Shown: positions 19,089-28,556 of the stretch, piece by piece | Layout of the letters: every line of letters starts with the position of its first letter | How positions within the stretch are numbered: position 1 is the stretch's first letter | Source: Gammaproteobacteria bacterium | GTDB lineage: Bacteria; Pseudomonadota; Gammaproteobacteria; Poriferisulfidales; GCA-002705445 | Length of the DNA: 64,000 nt | NCBI GenBank assembly: GCA_018675635.1 | Contig: JABGXU010000008.1 | Coordinates: 195,588-259,587 of the forward strand | Direction of reading: 5' to 3' | Notes under the pieces: generated by a model | Seen by the model: the letters and a program-made list of their open reading frames with translations, nothing else | What the model was told of the DNA's origin: nothing | Databases searched by the model: none | Made by a program: the position numbers and the translations under genes

Positions 19089-19276
19089 GTTATTCATTTA
19101 TAATTCATTATGAAAAAAGTGAGTATACACTAATGTATTAATAGATGAAGTTATGTTTTTAATGATAAATTTTTTTATATTTTTTCATCAATATGAAATA
19201 TATTAGATATTCATTATATTCGAATAATGGTATTTATTATAAATATTCAGTGAGTTTTTTTTATTTCTAAATTAAT

Positions 19277-19540
19277 TTATTTTGGTTTAAATTCCTTAGG
19301 GAGCTCTGAACCTCTGCCAAATAAAAATTTTTCCATTTCTTCTTCTAAAAAAGTTCTAGCTTTTGGTTCCATAGGTGTCAGTCTATTTTCATTAATAAGC
19401 ATGGTCATATGCTTCACCCAAAGAGCCCATGCTTCTTTCGAAATATTTTCAAAAATTTTTTTACCTAATTCTCCAGGATATGTAGGTCTATCTAAACCTC
19501 CCAACTCTTTATTAAGCATTAAACAATTTACAGTACGCAT
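19277..19540 (-). CDS. yggX: Fe(2+)-trafficking / oxidative damage protection protein YggX
   Basis: 87 aa. [48 protein letters not shown] is typical of YggX. Confidence 0.85.
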   Translation of the reverse strand: MRTVNCLMLNKELGGLDRPTYPGELGKKIFENISKEAWALWVKHMTMLINENRLTPMEPKARTFLEEEMEKFLFGRGSELPKEFKPK

Positions 19541-19743
19541 TAGGAAAGTTCCTCCGTCATTTTATTATAACCGATTTAACTGGTTTTGAAGATGCAATAT
19601 TATCATAAATATTTTTCCAGTAATATTTATCAATTGTTATATTATTTATTGATTTCGTTTTAATAACAGAAACATTCATTTTAATATGTGTTAAATTATG
19701 TCTGCCATTATTTTTATGACAGCTAATTAAGTTATAAGAAAAA

Positions 19744-20229
19744 TTATTTTTTTGATCTTTTCCATTCACCAGAGGCGCCACCTTTCTTAGATTCAAGCAT
19801 AATATCACCTATAATCATTCCTCTATCGATAGATTTACACATATCGTATATTGTTAACAGTCCTATTTGTACAGCGGTAAGAGCTTCCATCTCCACACCT
19901 GTTTGTCCAGTTGTTTCAACAATTGCTTCGCATGATACAAACTTTTTTGTAGAATTAATTTTAAAAATAACTTTAACTGAAGATAAGTTTATATTATGAC
20001 AAAGCGGTATTAGTTCAGATGTTTTTTTTGATGATGTAATTGCAGCAATTCGTGCGATTCCAAGCACGTCTCCTTTTTTATGTGTTCCATCTTTAATTTT
20101 GTTAATAGAAATTACGGACATGAAGATTTTGCCGCTAGCAACAGCTATTCTATTCGTGATATCCTTATCTTTAATATCAACCATTTGGGCATCTCCAGTT
20201 TTAGTAAAATGCGTAAGGTTTTTTTTCAT
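19744..20229 (-). CDS. moaC: cyclic pyranopterin monophosphate synthase MoaC
   Basis: LTHF..GDAQMVDI..K..T.R.A.A, LIPLCH and GVEMEALTAV..LTIYDM motifs. Start trimmed to MKKNLTHF (ATG top coordinate 20229). Confidence 0.9.
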   Translation of the reverse strand: MKKNLTHFTKTGDAQMVDIKDKDITNRIAVASGKIFMSVISINKIKDGTHKKGDVLGIARIAAITSSKKTSELIPLCHNINLSSVKVIFKINSTKKFVSCEAIVETTGQTGVEMEALTAVQIGLLTIYDMCKSIDRGMIIGDIMLESKKGGASGEWKRSKK

Positions 20230-20266
20230 TTTAATAAATTTTATTTTTTTATAGTGTAACAAAAAT

Positions 20267-20500
20267 ATGAATATAAAAGTAATTTACTTAGCAAGATTAT
20301 CAGAAGACTTAGGTAAAAAAGAAGAGTATATAGAATTAACAGAAAACAAGTCTTCAATTAGAGATATTTTTTTAAAACTTAAGCTAGATAAATTTGATTA
20401 TCAGATTTATTCAGCTAAAAACTATGAGCATGCTAGCTTAGATTCTATTGTAGTAGAAAAAGATGAAATTGCTTTTTTCCCAACAATAACCGGCGGTTGA
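20267..20500 (+). CDS. moaD: MoaD/ThiS-family sulfur-carrier protein
   Basis: 77 aa, ubiquitin-like size, C-terminal ...FFPTITGG diglycine. Divergent from moaC. Confidence 0.6.
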   Translation: MNIKVIYLARLSEDLGKKEEYIELTENKSSIRDIFLKLKLDKFDYQIYSAKNYEHASLDSIVVEKDEIAFFPTITGG

Positions 20501-20505
20501 AAATT

Positions 20506-21873
20506 TTAGTTTATTAAGAGAAAGGCAGTTCTATTTTTTCTTTGAACATGAAGTACTATTCCAGAATCGTTTTTCCCAGCAATAATTTCTAAATCTTTAA
20601 TTTTTTGAACAGGAATATTATTTATTGATAATATTATATCATTGACTCTAATGCCCACTGAGTATGCTGGGCTATCTTTTTTTATTTTAGTAACTTTTAT
20701 ACCACTAATTTTCCCATATTCTGGCATATTCTCTAAAATTTCACTAAAAACCATTCCTTGCAACCTAGGATTTATTTTAATGCCAGTTTTATCTGATATT
20801 TTTGGTTCAACTATTTTTACTTTAATTTTAAGTATTTTTCCTTTTCTATTTACTTCCATAAGAATATTGGTATTAATTTTCAGAAGGCCAATTTTATTTC
20901 TCATTGAAGCAGCATTTTCAATTTTTTTGTTATTTAATTTTGTTATTACATCACCAATTTGTATACCTGCTTTATCAGCAGGAGAATTTTTTTGTACTTG
21001 GGTAACTATTGCTCCTTTTTCTGTATTTATCCCAAATGCTTTTGATAAGTCTTTGGTTAGATCTTGTGCGGCGACGCCAAGATAACCTCTTTTTACTTTA
21101 CCGTATTTAATTAATTGATCGGTAATATCTAGAGCCATATTTATTGGTATAGCTAAACCTATCCCAACACTTCCTGAGCTTCCTCTAGATCCTATTATCG
21201 CAGTATTAATACCTACAATCTCTCCTTTTAAATTAACTAATGCTCCACCAGAGTTGCCAGGATTTATAGATGCATCTGTTTGTATGAAATTTTCATAAGC
21301 CTCAATTCCTAAACCAGACCTTCCTAAGGCGCTTATTATTCCAGAAGTTACTGTTTGGCCAATACCAAATGGATTCCCAATAGCTACGACAAAATCCCCA
21401 ACTCTAGATTTTTCAGAATTTGCAAATTTTAATGATTGAAGGTTATCTGGTGTAATTTTTATTATGGCAATATCAGATGCAGGGTCTGTCCCTACTAAAC
21501 TAGCTTTAAATTCTCTACCATCCTGCAGTTTAACTTTAATATCTTTAGCTTTTGCAATTACATGATTGTTAGTAATAATATAGCCTTTTTTACTGTCTAT
21601 GATAACGCCAGAGCCTAGCCCAGCTCTGTTTTTCTTTTTAGATTGTTGTTGACCTGGAATATTAAAAAATTTTCTAAGAAAAGGATCATCAATGTATTGG
21701 TTTTTTTCTTCAGCTTCTCTAATAGTATAAATATTTACAACTGCAGGCGTAACATTTTCTAACATTGGAGCTAAGGAAGGAACACCAGCACTGAATAAAT
21801 TAGATGTGTTTGCAAATAATGTTGTAGATGTAAGGATCAATACTATAAGTAATAATTTTTTTAGAATTTTCAT
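20506..21873 (-). CDS. periplasmic Do-family serine endoprotease (DegP/DegQ)
   Basis: 455 aa with a signal peptide. ITNNHV (His), the GNSGGAL catalytic Ser motif and two PDZ-like C-terminal repeats. Confidence 0.9.
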   Translation of the reverse strand: MKILKKLLLIVLILTSTTLFANTSNLFSAGVPSLAPMLENVTPAVVNIYTIREAEEKNQYIDDPFLRKFFNIPGQQQSKKKNRAGLGSGVIIDSKKGYIITNNHVIAKAKDIKVKLQDGREFKASLVGTDPASDIAIIKITPDNLQSLKFANSEKSRVGDFVVAIGNPFGIGQTVTSGIISALGRSGLGIEAYENFIQTDASINPGNSGGALVNLKGEIVGINTAIIGSRGSSGSVGIGLAIPINMALDITDQLIKYGKVKRGYLGVAAQDLTKDLSKAFGINTEKGAIVTQVQKNSPADKAGIQIGDVITKLNNKKIENAASMRNKIGLLKINTNILMEVNRKGKILKIKVKIVEPKISDKTGIKINPRLQGMVFSEILENMPEYGKISGIKVTKIKKDSPAYSVGIRVNDIILSINNIPVQKIKDLEIIAGKNDSGIVLHVQRKNRTAFLLIN

Positions 21874-21883
21874 TGTTTTTTAG

Positions 21884-22369
21884 TTACGTTTTATTTTCAA
21901 ATTTTCCTAAATCTATATTTTTTCTGACATTATCAGATCGAAATACTCTTCCACTCATTGCAATATAAACACCATTTTCTAAACTTACAGCAGCAGCATA
22001 TGCAAATCCAGAATTAAATATAGCATCTGTTTTTCTAAATCTTGCTGGTTGCATAGAGCCTGTAAGAACTATAGTTTTATTTTCAATGTTTTCTAAGCAC
22101 TTTGCTGTTTCTATCATCGTGTCAGTTCCATGAGTAATTATAATTTTATCTTCTTCGCAATTTTTTACAGCATTTTTTATTATTTCCCTTTCTTCTTGGG
22201 TTATATCTAAACTATCTTTTTTTAAAATTGATTGTACTCGGTAGTCAGAAGTAACGTTTCCTTCATCAAGTATAGATGATATACAAGGTTCGCCAATACT
22301 ATATTCACTATTGGCATCAAAATAAACTTTGTCAAATGTGCCCCCGGTCGTAAGGATTGCTACTTTCAT
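21884..22369 (-). CDS. asparaginase-domain protein (short, N-domain only)
   Basis: MKVAILTTGGTFDK Thr motif and HGTDTM. About 161 aa after trimming the track ORF to ATG 22369. Confidence 0.6.
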   Translation of the reverse strand: MKVAILTTGGTFDKVYFDANSEYSIGEPCISSILDEGNVTSDYRVQSILKKDSLDITQEEREIIKNAVKNCEEDKIIITHGTDTMIETAKCLENIENKTIVLTGSMQPARFRKTDAIFNSGFAYAAAVSLENGVYIAMSGRVFRSDNVRKNIDLGKFENKT

Positions 22370-22484
22370 ATTAATATACTCCAATACAATTAATGCTATG
22401 TTATTATGTCGAGATTGTAATTCTTCATAAAAATAGGAAATAAGCAAATTTATTTTATTTATTTAATAACTTGGAATATTTAAT

Positions 22485-23201
22485 ATGAGAAAAAATGGAA
22501 GAAAGCCTAACCAACTAAGGGATATAAGGATTACTAAGGATTATATTTCTCACCCAGAAGGATCGGTATTAGTCGAGTTTGGTAAAACAAAAGTTATTTG
22601 TAATGCCACAGTTGATAATAATGTTCCAAGATTTCTTAAGGGGCAAAGTACTGGTTGGGTTACAGCTGAATATGGAATGCTTCCAAGATCAACCAATGAA
22701 AGGATGAGAAGAGAGGCAAAAAATAGACAGAGTGGTAGAACCATGGAAATTCAAAGATTAATTGGGAGATCTTTAAGGTCTGCAGTAAATTTGGACAAAA
22801 TTGGCGAAAGAACAATAACAATTGATTGCGATGTAATTCAGGCTGATGGCGGAACCAGAACTGCGTCAATTACTGGGGGCTTTGTAGCGCTTTATTTAGC
22901 CGTCAGAAATTTAGATAGCGAAGATTTTAGTTCGGCTGATGCAATTAAGTCTTTTACTGGGTCTGTTTCGTTAGGTAAAGTTAATAATGAAATTGTTCTA
23001 GATCTTGATTACGAAGAAGATTCAAACGCTGAAACAGATATGAATTTTGTGATGAATGAAGATGGAAATTTTATTGAGATTCAGGGAACTGCTGAAGCTG
23101 GTTTTTTTTCGCAGGATGAATTAAATCAAATGATATCTTTGGCTACTGAAGGTATAAGATCTATTATTGAGATTCAAAAAAATGCTCTAAATAGTGTATG
23201 A
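22485..23201 (+). CDS. rph: ribonuclease PH
   Basis: 238 aa. R..GR...[19 protein letters not shown] and the [18 protein letters not shown] motif. Confidence 0.95.
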   Translation: MRKNGRKPNQLRDIRITKDYISHPEGSVLVEFGKTKVICNATVDNNVPRFLKGQSTGWVTAEYGMLPRSTNERMRREAKNRQSGRTMEIQRLIGRSLRSAVNLDKIGERTITIDCDVIQADGGTRTASITGGFVALYLAVRNLDSEDFSSADAIKSFTGSVSLGKVNNEIVLDLDYEEDSNAETDMNFVMNEDGNFIEIQGTAEAGFFSQDELNQMISLATEGIRSIIEIQKNALNSV

Positions 23202-23803
23202 ATAAAATTGTTATTGCCTCAAATAATCAGCATAAAATTAATGAATTTAATAAAATCTTAGGCCGCGAGGATGTGAAATTCATATCCCAGTCTGAGCTCA
23301 ATATTACTGAAGCAGCTGAGACTGGTTTAACATTTGTAGAAAATGCTATATTAAAAGCAAGAAATGCTTGTTTATTTTCAGGTATACCATCAATTGCAGA
23401 TGATTCAGGGATTGAAGTCGATGCTTTATCAGGAAGACCAGGTATTTATTCAGCTAGATATGCAGGTGATAATTGCGATGATTATGCAAACAATAAATTA
23501 TTACTAAAGGAACTTTCAAATGTTCCTTTTGAAAGAAGAAACGCAAGATATCATTGCGCAATAGTTTTTTTAAGTAAACATGATTGTTCAATGCCAAAAA
23601 TATTTAATGCAACATGGGAGGGTGTTATTGGAAGCAAGGAAATAGGTGATAATGGATTTGGTTACGATCCATTATTCTTTTTACCAACGCTAAATTGCAC
23701 CGCTGCTGAGCTCTCAGAAGATGAAAAAAATACAATTAGCCATCGTGGTAAAGCTTTGAATTTGTTTAAAAAAGAAATTAAGGAAATAATATTAAAATAC
23801 TAG
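23198..23803 (+). CDS. rdgB: dITP/XTP pyrophosphatase RdgB
   Basis: 201 aa. [35 protein letters not shown] and SHRG motifs. ATGA overlap with rph. Confidence 0.9.
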   Translation: MNKIVIASNNQHKINEFNKILGREDVKFISQSELNITEAAETGLTFVENAILKARNACLFSGIPSIADDSGIEVDALSGRPGIYSARYAGDNCDDYANNKLLLKELSNVPFERRNARYHCAIVFLSKHDCSMPKIFNATWEGVIGSKEIGDNGFGYDPLFFLPTLNCTAAELSEDEKNTISHRGKALNLFKKEIKEIILKY

Positions 23804-24061
23804 CTATTTTTTATATAAATAATGTAAATTTTTATTGATTTTTTTAATTTTCTTCTAAATCTAGCATGGAATAAGGTTATTTATTCACAGTTATTTTTTT
23901 GTCAACTTCTTTTATAAATTTATTAAAAATAAATTAGCGTTAAAAATTATTAATTTTTATTTAATAAAATCAATAAGTTATATTGTACAAAAAATGAACA
24001 ATTTAGTAATTATTAAAGAATGTTTGCCGTGTGATTAAAAAACTAAGTTTTTTGCACAGAC

Positions 24062-24084
24062 TTATCCACAATTTTTGTGGATAT
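24062..24084. promoter_or_regulatory. palindromic pair of DnaA-box-like sequences
   Basis: TTATCCACA (24062-24070) is a perfect TTATNCACA consensus. TGTGGATAT (24076-24084) is ATATCCACA on the other strand, with 1 mismatch. Together they form a perfect 9-bp inverted repeat, TATCCACAA-TTT-TTGTGGATA (24063-24083). Confidence 0.5.
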
Positions 24085-24160
24085 AAAAAATATCCTTAAA
24101 AACAGTAATTTATATAGATATATTAAAATTTATTACCAAATAATAGGCTAACTATGGTAA

Positions 24161-24221
24161 AAATACCTACCAATTCATTATATTATTATTGTCTTATAGA
24201 CGATATTACTTGTAGGTATTT
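24161..24221 (+). repeat. 10-bp perfect inverted repeat in the rpmE leader, with a second copy of the 3' arm
   Basis: AAATACCTAC (24161-24170) and GTAGGTATTT (24212-24221) are exact reverse complements, 41 nt apart. TAGGTATT recurs at 24229-24236, about 30 nt before the rpmE ATG. Function unknown. Confidence 0.55.
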
Positions 24222-24267
24222 AGTTCTTTAGGTATTATTCACTCTCTTAATTTACAATAAAGATATT

Positions 24268-24474
24268 ATGCAAAAAAATATTCATCCAAAATATAATGAA
24301 ATAGAGGTTGTTTGTAGTTGTGGTAACAAATTTATAACAAAATCTACATATAAAGACTCGGTTCTTTCTATAGACGTATGTTCTCAATGTCATCCTTTTT
24401 ATACTGGAAAGCAAAAGATATTAGATACCGCAGGTCAGGTAGATAAGTTTAAAAAGAGATATAGCAAAACATAA
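24268..24474 (+). CDS. rpmE: 50S ribosomal protein L31 (Zn-ribbon type)
   Basis: 68 aa. MQKNIHPKY..., CSCG...[13 protein letters not shown]. Confidence 0.95.
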   Translation: MQKNIHPKYNEIEVVCSCGNKFITKSTYKDSVLSIDVCSQCHPFYTGKQKILDTAGQVDKFKKRYSKT

Positions 24475-24526
24475 ATTTTATCTAATTCTGCTTTATATTC
24501 ATTGTTTTTTTCGGCAATATTAGCTT

Positions 24527-25993
24527 ATGGATAGACGCGGATTTTTAAAAGCTTCAACTTTATTTTCATTATCTGGAATATTGCCCTCCTGTGCAACTAA
24601 TCCAGTAACTGGTGAAACGGATCTAATGCTTTTATCTGAAGATGAGGAAGCAGAATTAGGAAGAACTTCTCATATCGAAGTGATGAAAGCTTATAGGCCT
24701 TACATAAACCCTGAATTGGTAAAATACGTAACTTCATTGGGTGAAAAATTAGCTTCGGTTAGCCATAGAAAGGAGTTAATTTATCATTTTACAGTTTTAG
24801 ATAGCCCGCACGTCAATGCTTTTGCTATACCTGGAGGCTATATTTATATAACTAGGGGTATGATGGCTTATTTAGGAAGTGAGGCAGAGTTATGTGGTGT
24901 TTTAGGCCATGAGCTTGGGCACATTACAGCGAGACATGGTGTAAAACAGTATTCTAAAAATCAAGTTACAAATATTTTTTCAACCGTATTTTCAATATTA
25001 ATTGGTAGTAGGCAACTAGCAAATATAAGTCAATTAGCTACAGCAGCCATATTAAGAGGATTTGGAAGAGAGGCTGAGTTAGAAGCCGATAGAGTAGGAG
25101 CTGAGTATTTAGGAAACCTTGGGTATGATCCTGACGCTTTAATAAATGTTATAGCTGTTCTTAAAAACCAAGAAGAGTTTGATAAAGTTCTAGCCAAAGA
25201 AGAGAATAGAGAACCTTATGCATATCATGGAGTATTTTCTACACATCCTAATAATGATAAAAGACTGCAGGAAGTTATAAAAGCTGTAAAAGATAATTTT
25301 AGTGAAAAAACTATAGATGAAAATAAAGAAAAATATTTAAGAATTATTGATGGAATGCCTTTTGGACCTGGTGACGGGCAAGGTTCAGCAAGAGGCTCAA
25401 GTTTTTATCATGCAGATCTAGATTTTACAGTTAAATTTCCAAAAGATTGGAAAATAGAAAATTTGCCAACTACTGTATTGTCAACTTCAAAGAATAGAGA
25501 AACATTAATAGAATTATCTATGAGAGATTTAAATAGAAAAATTTCTGCAGAAGAATTAGTAAAAAGACTTTATGGCAAACATGTAACTGGGGGTAAAAAT
25601 ATAATTACACCAGATTATAACGGGTATGCAGCAAATGTAGAGCTTGATACTTCTTTTGGAAAAAGTCATAAATGTAGAGTAGCTATATTATATAAAAATA
25701 AAAAAGAGGCGTTTCAATTTATTGCAACTACTAAATCAGAATCTGATTTTGAAAAATACATTGATGATTTTGATAAAACTATTAGAAGTATAAGAAAACT
25801 AAAAACAGAAGAGAAGGAGCTGGGGCAGTCAAAAAAGATAAAAATGTATAAAGTTAAAAAAGGAGATACCTTTAGAGGCCTGTCTGCAAAAAGTTCTTTC
25901 AGTACACATGCAGAAAATAGACTTAGAGTCCTTAATAATATGTACCCATCAGGAGAACCAATACCTGGTAATTATATAAAATTAGTATATTAA
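24527..25993 (+). CDS. M48-family Zn metalloprotease lipoprotein with C-terminal LysM domain
   Basis: 488 aa. Lipobox LPSC, HELGHITARH (HExxH) and a C-terminal YKVKKGDTFRGLS..LN LysM-like segment. Confidence 0.8.
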   Translation: MDRRGFLKASTLFSLSGILPSCATNPVTGETDLMLLSEDEEAELGRTSHIEVMKAYRPYINPELVKYVTSLGEKLASVSHRKELIYHFTVLDSPHVNAFAIPGGYIYITRGMMAYLGSEAELCGVLGHELGHITARHGVKQYSKNQVTNIFSTVFSILIGSRQLANISQLATAAILRGFGREAELEADRVGAEYLGNLGYDPDALINVIAVLKNQEEFDKVLAKEENREPYAYHGVFSTHPNNDKRLQEVIKAVKDNFSEKTIDENKEKYLRIIDGMPFGPGDGQGSARGSSFYHADLDFTVKFPKDWKIENLPTTVLSTSKNRETLIELSMRDLNRKISAEELVKRLYGKHVTGGKNIITPDYNGYAANVELDTSFGKSHKCRVAILYKNKKEAFQFIATTKSESDFEKYIDDFDKTIRSIRKLKTEEKELGQSKKIKMYKVKKGDTFRGLSAKSSFSTHAENRLRVLNNMYPSGEPIPGNYIKLVY

Positions 25994-25994
25994 T

Positions 25995-27572
25995 ATGAAA
26001 CTAAAATATTTTTTTTTCAATTTTTTATTTTTTTTGGTTTTATGTCTAATATCTAACAACTCTTATTCAGATAACATTTTTAGTTCTATCAATAAAAATA
26101 CTAAAACTTTTTTAAAAATAGATGATGCGTTTAAAGTGTCTTTATTTCAAAAAAATAAAGAATTAATAATAATTAATTATAAAATTCATAATGGTTATTA
26201 TTTATACAAAGATAAGATAAAATTATTTATTAATGATAAAGAATTTTATGATTTTAGTACTCCAGCGTCAAAAACTAAAGAAGATGAATTTTTTGGCATA
26301 AGTGAAATATATGACTCAGATTTTATAATTTCTGTAAATTATCCAGGAAATATATATTCTCTAGTGGTTCATTACCAAGGTTGCGCAAATAAGGGATTAT
26401 GTTACCCCCCAATGAAAAAAGAATTAATTTCGTCTTACTTAAGTAAAAAAAAGGATTTTGTTAAAATTAAAGTATCTGAGCCTGATTATATTTTTGAAAA
26501 AATATTATCAAATAATATTTTTATAAATATTTTATTATTTATTGGTTTTGGATTATTGCTTTCTTTCACACCATGTATTCTTCCAATGATTCCTATATTA
26601 TCTGGTGTAATTTTGAAATCTAATGCAATAAACACTAAAAACTCTTTTTTATTATCTTTTTATTATGTTCTAGGCTTAACTTTTGTTTACTTATTAATGG
26701 GTTTATTTTTAGGTTATGCAGCAAGTATTTACAATATACAAAGCGTGTTTCAAAAACCTATTTATTTATTAATATTTATTTTTATTCTTATAGCGCTTTC
26801 TTTTTCTATGTTTGGGTTTTATGAAATTAGAATTCCTAGAAACATACAAGGATGGGCAATATCTTTTAGCGATAAAACGAACACTGGGAAATATAGTAGT
26901 TCTTTTGTGATGGGTTTTGTGTCTGCATTAATTGTTGGGCCATGTGTTGCGCCTCCATTAGCTGGAATTTTTTTATATGTTACTGCAGAAAATCCTGGTT
27001 CATTAGTAACAGGTATACTTTTCTTTAGCTTAGGGCTAGGAATGAGTATTCCATTATTAGTCTATGGAACATTTATTGGTAAATATGTGCCAAAAACAGG
27101 TAAATGGATGAAATATATTAATTATTTTATAGGAGTTTTGCTATTATTTGTTGCACTTACATTTATTGATAGATTAGTGCCAATTTTAAAATTCAGTAGC
27201 CAAGAATCTAATTTAATTTTTAAAAAAGTTGAAAATGTTAAAGATCTTAAGAGGTATTTAAGATTAGATAATGATAAGATAACTCTAGTTGACGTGTACG
27301 CAGACTGGTGTGTTGAATGCAAGTTGATGGAGCAAAAAACTTTTAGTAATACTGAGGTAGAAAGTTTACTAAAAGATTTAAATTTACTTAAAGTAGACGT
27401 TACAAATAATAAAAAAGAAGACGTTGAGATATTGAAATATTTAAAAGTTATAGGACCACCAGCGTACAAATTTTTTGATATTCATGGAGATGAAATTAAA
27501 GCATATGGAATTCAAGGATATATGGGGCCATTAGAATTCAAGTTACATTTGCAAGAATTAAAAAATCATTGA
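25995..27572 (+). CDS. dsbD: thiol:disulfide interchange protein DsbD
   Basis: 525 aa. N-domain YQGCANKGLCYPP, a central TM core with Cys (FTPCILPM, VGPCVAPP) and a C-terminal thioredoxin fold WCVECK. Confidence 0.9.
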   Translation: MKLKYFFFNFLFFLVLCLISNNSYSDNIFSSINKNTKTFLKIDDAFKVSLFQKNKELIIINYKIHNGYYLYKDKIKLFINDKEFYDFSTPASKTKEDEFFGISEIYDSDFIISVNYPGNIYSLVVHYQGCANKGLCYPPMKKELISSYLSKKKDFVKIKVSEPDYIFEKILSNNIFINILLFIGFGLLLSFTPCILPMIPILSGVILKSNAINTKNSFLLSFYYVLGLTFVYLLMGLFLGYAASIYNIQSVFQKPIYLLIFIFILIALSFSMFGFYEIRIPRNIQGWAISFSDKTNTGKYSSSFVMGFVSALIVGPCVAPPLAGIFLYVTAENPGSLVTGILFFSLGLGMSIPLLVYGTFIGKYVPKTGKWMKYINYFIGVLLLFVALTFIDRLVPILKFSSQESNLIFKKVENVKDLKRYLRLDNDKITLVDVYADWCVECKLMEQKTFSNTEVESLLKDLNLLKVDVTNNKKEDVEILKYLKVIGPPAYKFFDIHGDEIKAYGIQGYMGPLEFKLHLQELKNH

Positions 27573-27636
27573 TTTAAAACAAATATCATGTTATTTTAAA
27601 GAAGATAACCGAAATTAGACGAATTTAGAAGAAATT

Positions 27637-28083
27637 ATGAGTACAATCCTTATTCTTAATGGGCCGAACCTTAACCTTTTGGGTGAGCGCGAGCCTGAAA
27701 TATATGGGCATGACTCTTTGAAAGATATTTCAGATAACCTAGATAAAGTAGCAAAAAAAATAGATGTGACTTTAAATCATCAGCAATTTAATTCTGAATC
27801 AGAATTAATTGATACTATACATATAGCGTCAAAAGAAAAAATAGATTTTATTATATTTAACCCTGGAGCTTTTACGCATACAAGTATTGCATTAAGAGAT
27901 GCATTATTAGGAGTTTCAATACCTTTTATTGAAATTCACATTTCTAATGTTTTTGCTAGAGAAGACTTTAGAAAGCAGTCTTATTTGTCTGATATAGCTA
28001 TCGGAGTAATTTCAGGACATGGAATTTACGGATATGAACTAGCCTTAATGTCAGCTTTAAATATTATTGATAAAGGAAAATAA
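27637..28083 (+). CDS. aroQ: type II 3-dehydroquinate dehydratase
   Basis: 148 aa. [28 protein letters not shown] and EIHISN motifs. Confidence 0.93.
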   Translation: MSTILILNGPNLNLLGEREPEIYGHDSLKDISDNLDKVAKKIDVTLNHQQFNSESELIDTIHIASKEKIDFIIFNPGAFTHTSIALRDALLGVSIPFIEIHISNVFAREDFRKQSYLSDIAIGVISGHGIYGYELALMSALNIIDKGK

Positions 28084-28085
28084 TT

Positions 28086-28553
28086 GTGGATATAAGAAAA
28101 GTAAAAAAATTAATGGAGATGCTTGAGGAATCAGATTTAGAAGAAATGGAAATTATAGAGGGTGAAGAATCGATTCGCCTTAGCAAGACATCAAGTAATA
28201 TAGCTGTAAATACCACAAACCCAATACCAGATAATATAAATTCAAATAGCACTACACAGAGTCAAAACAAAGTTAGTAATCTAGACTCTGCAGGTTCGGA
28301 GGAAATTTTACGAGTATCTGGTCATGAAATAAAATCACCGATGGTTGGAACTTTTTACGAAGCAGCTGTACCTGGGTCCAAGCCATTTGTAAGCGTTGGA
28401 GATAATGTAAAGATCGGAGATACTCTTTGTATTATAGAGGCAATGAAAATGCTAAATCAAATTGAAGCTGATAAATCAGGCGTCATAAAATCTATTCTTG
28501 TAGAAAATGCTCAACCCGTAGAATTTAATCAAGTTTTATTCATAGTAGAGTAG
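28086..28553 (+). CDS. accB: acetyl-CoA carboxylase biotin carboxyl carrier protein
   Basis: 155 aa with a GTG start. The [15 protein letters not shown] biotinyl-lysine motif. Confidence 0.93.
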   Translation: MDIRKVKKLMEMLEESDLEEMEIIEGEESIRLSKTSSNIAVNTTNPIPDNINSNSTTQSQNKVSNLDSAGSEEILRVSGHEIKSPMVGTFYEAAVPGSKPFVSVGDNVKIGDTLCIIEAMKMLNQIEADKSGVIKSILVENAQPVEFNQVLFIVE

Positions 28554-28556
28554 AAA

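Noticed and set aside
19702-19722. 7-bp hairpin (with one G-U pair on the minus-strand RNA) about 20 nt downstream of the moaC stop
   Set aside because: The stem is weak and there is no adjacent U-tract. It is not convincing as an intrinsic terminator.
19557-19808. 83-aa minus-strand ORF in the moaC-yggX spacer
   Set aside because: It overlaps the moaC 3' end in another frame, has no motifs or RBS, and has low-complexity composition. It is probably spurious.
20642-21085. 147-aa plus-strand ORF
   Set aside because: It is antisense to the DegP/DegQ protease gene, whose catalytic and PDZ motifs are unambiguous. It is a hydrophobic shadow frame.
4492-22447. N-terminal extensions of track ORFs for gshB (4492), yggS (9554), MFS (15585), moaC (20262) and the asparaginase-like gene (22447)
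   Set aside because: The extensions overlap upstream genes and lack homology. Conserved protein sequence begins at internal ATGs (4552, 9587, 15693, 20229, 22369), so the starts were trimmed.
23804-24267. Calling this spacer the chromosomal origin (oriC)
   Set aside because: There are only two strong DnaA boxes plus one weak one. I see no obvious repeated AT-rich 13-mers, no dnaA, dnaN, gidA or mioC neighbours, and no clear switch of gene orientation. It is kept only as a DnaA-box observation.
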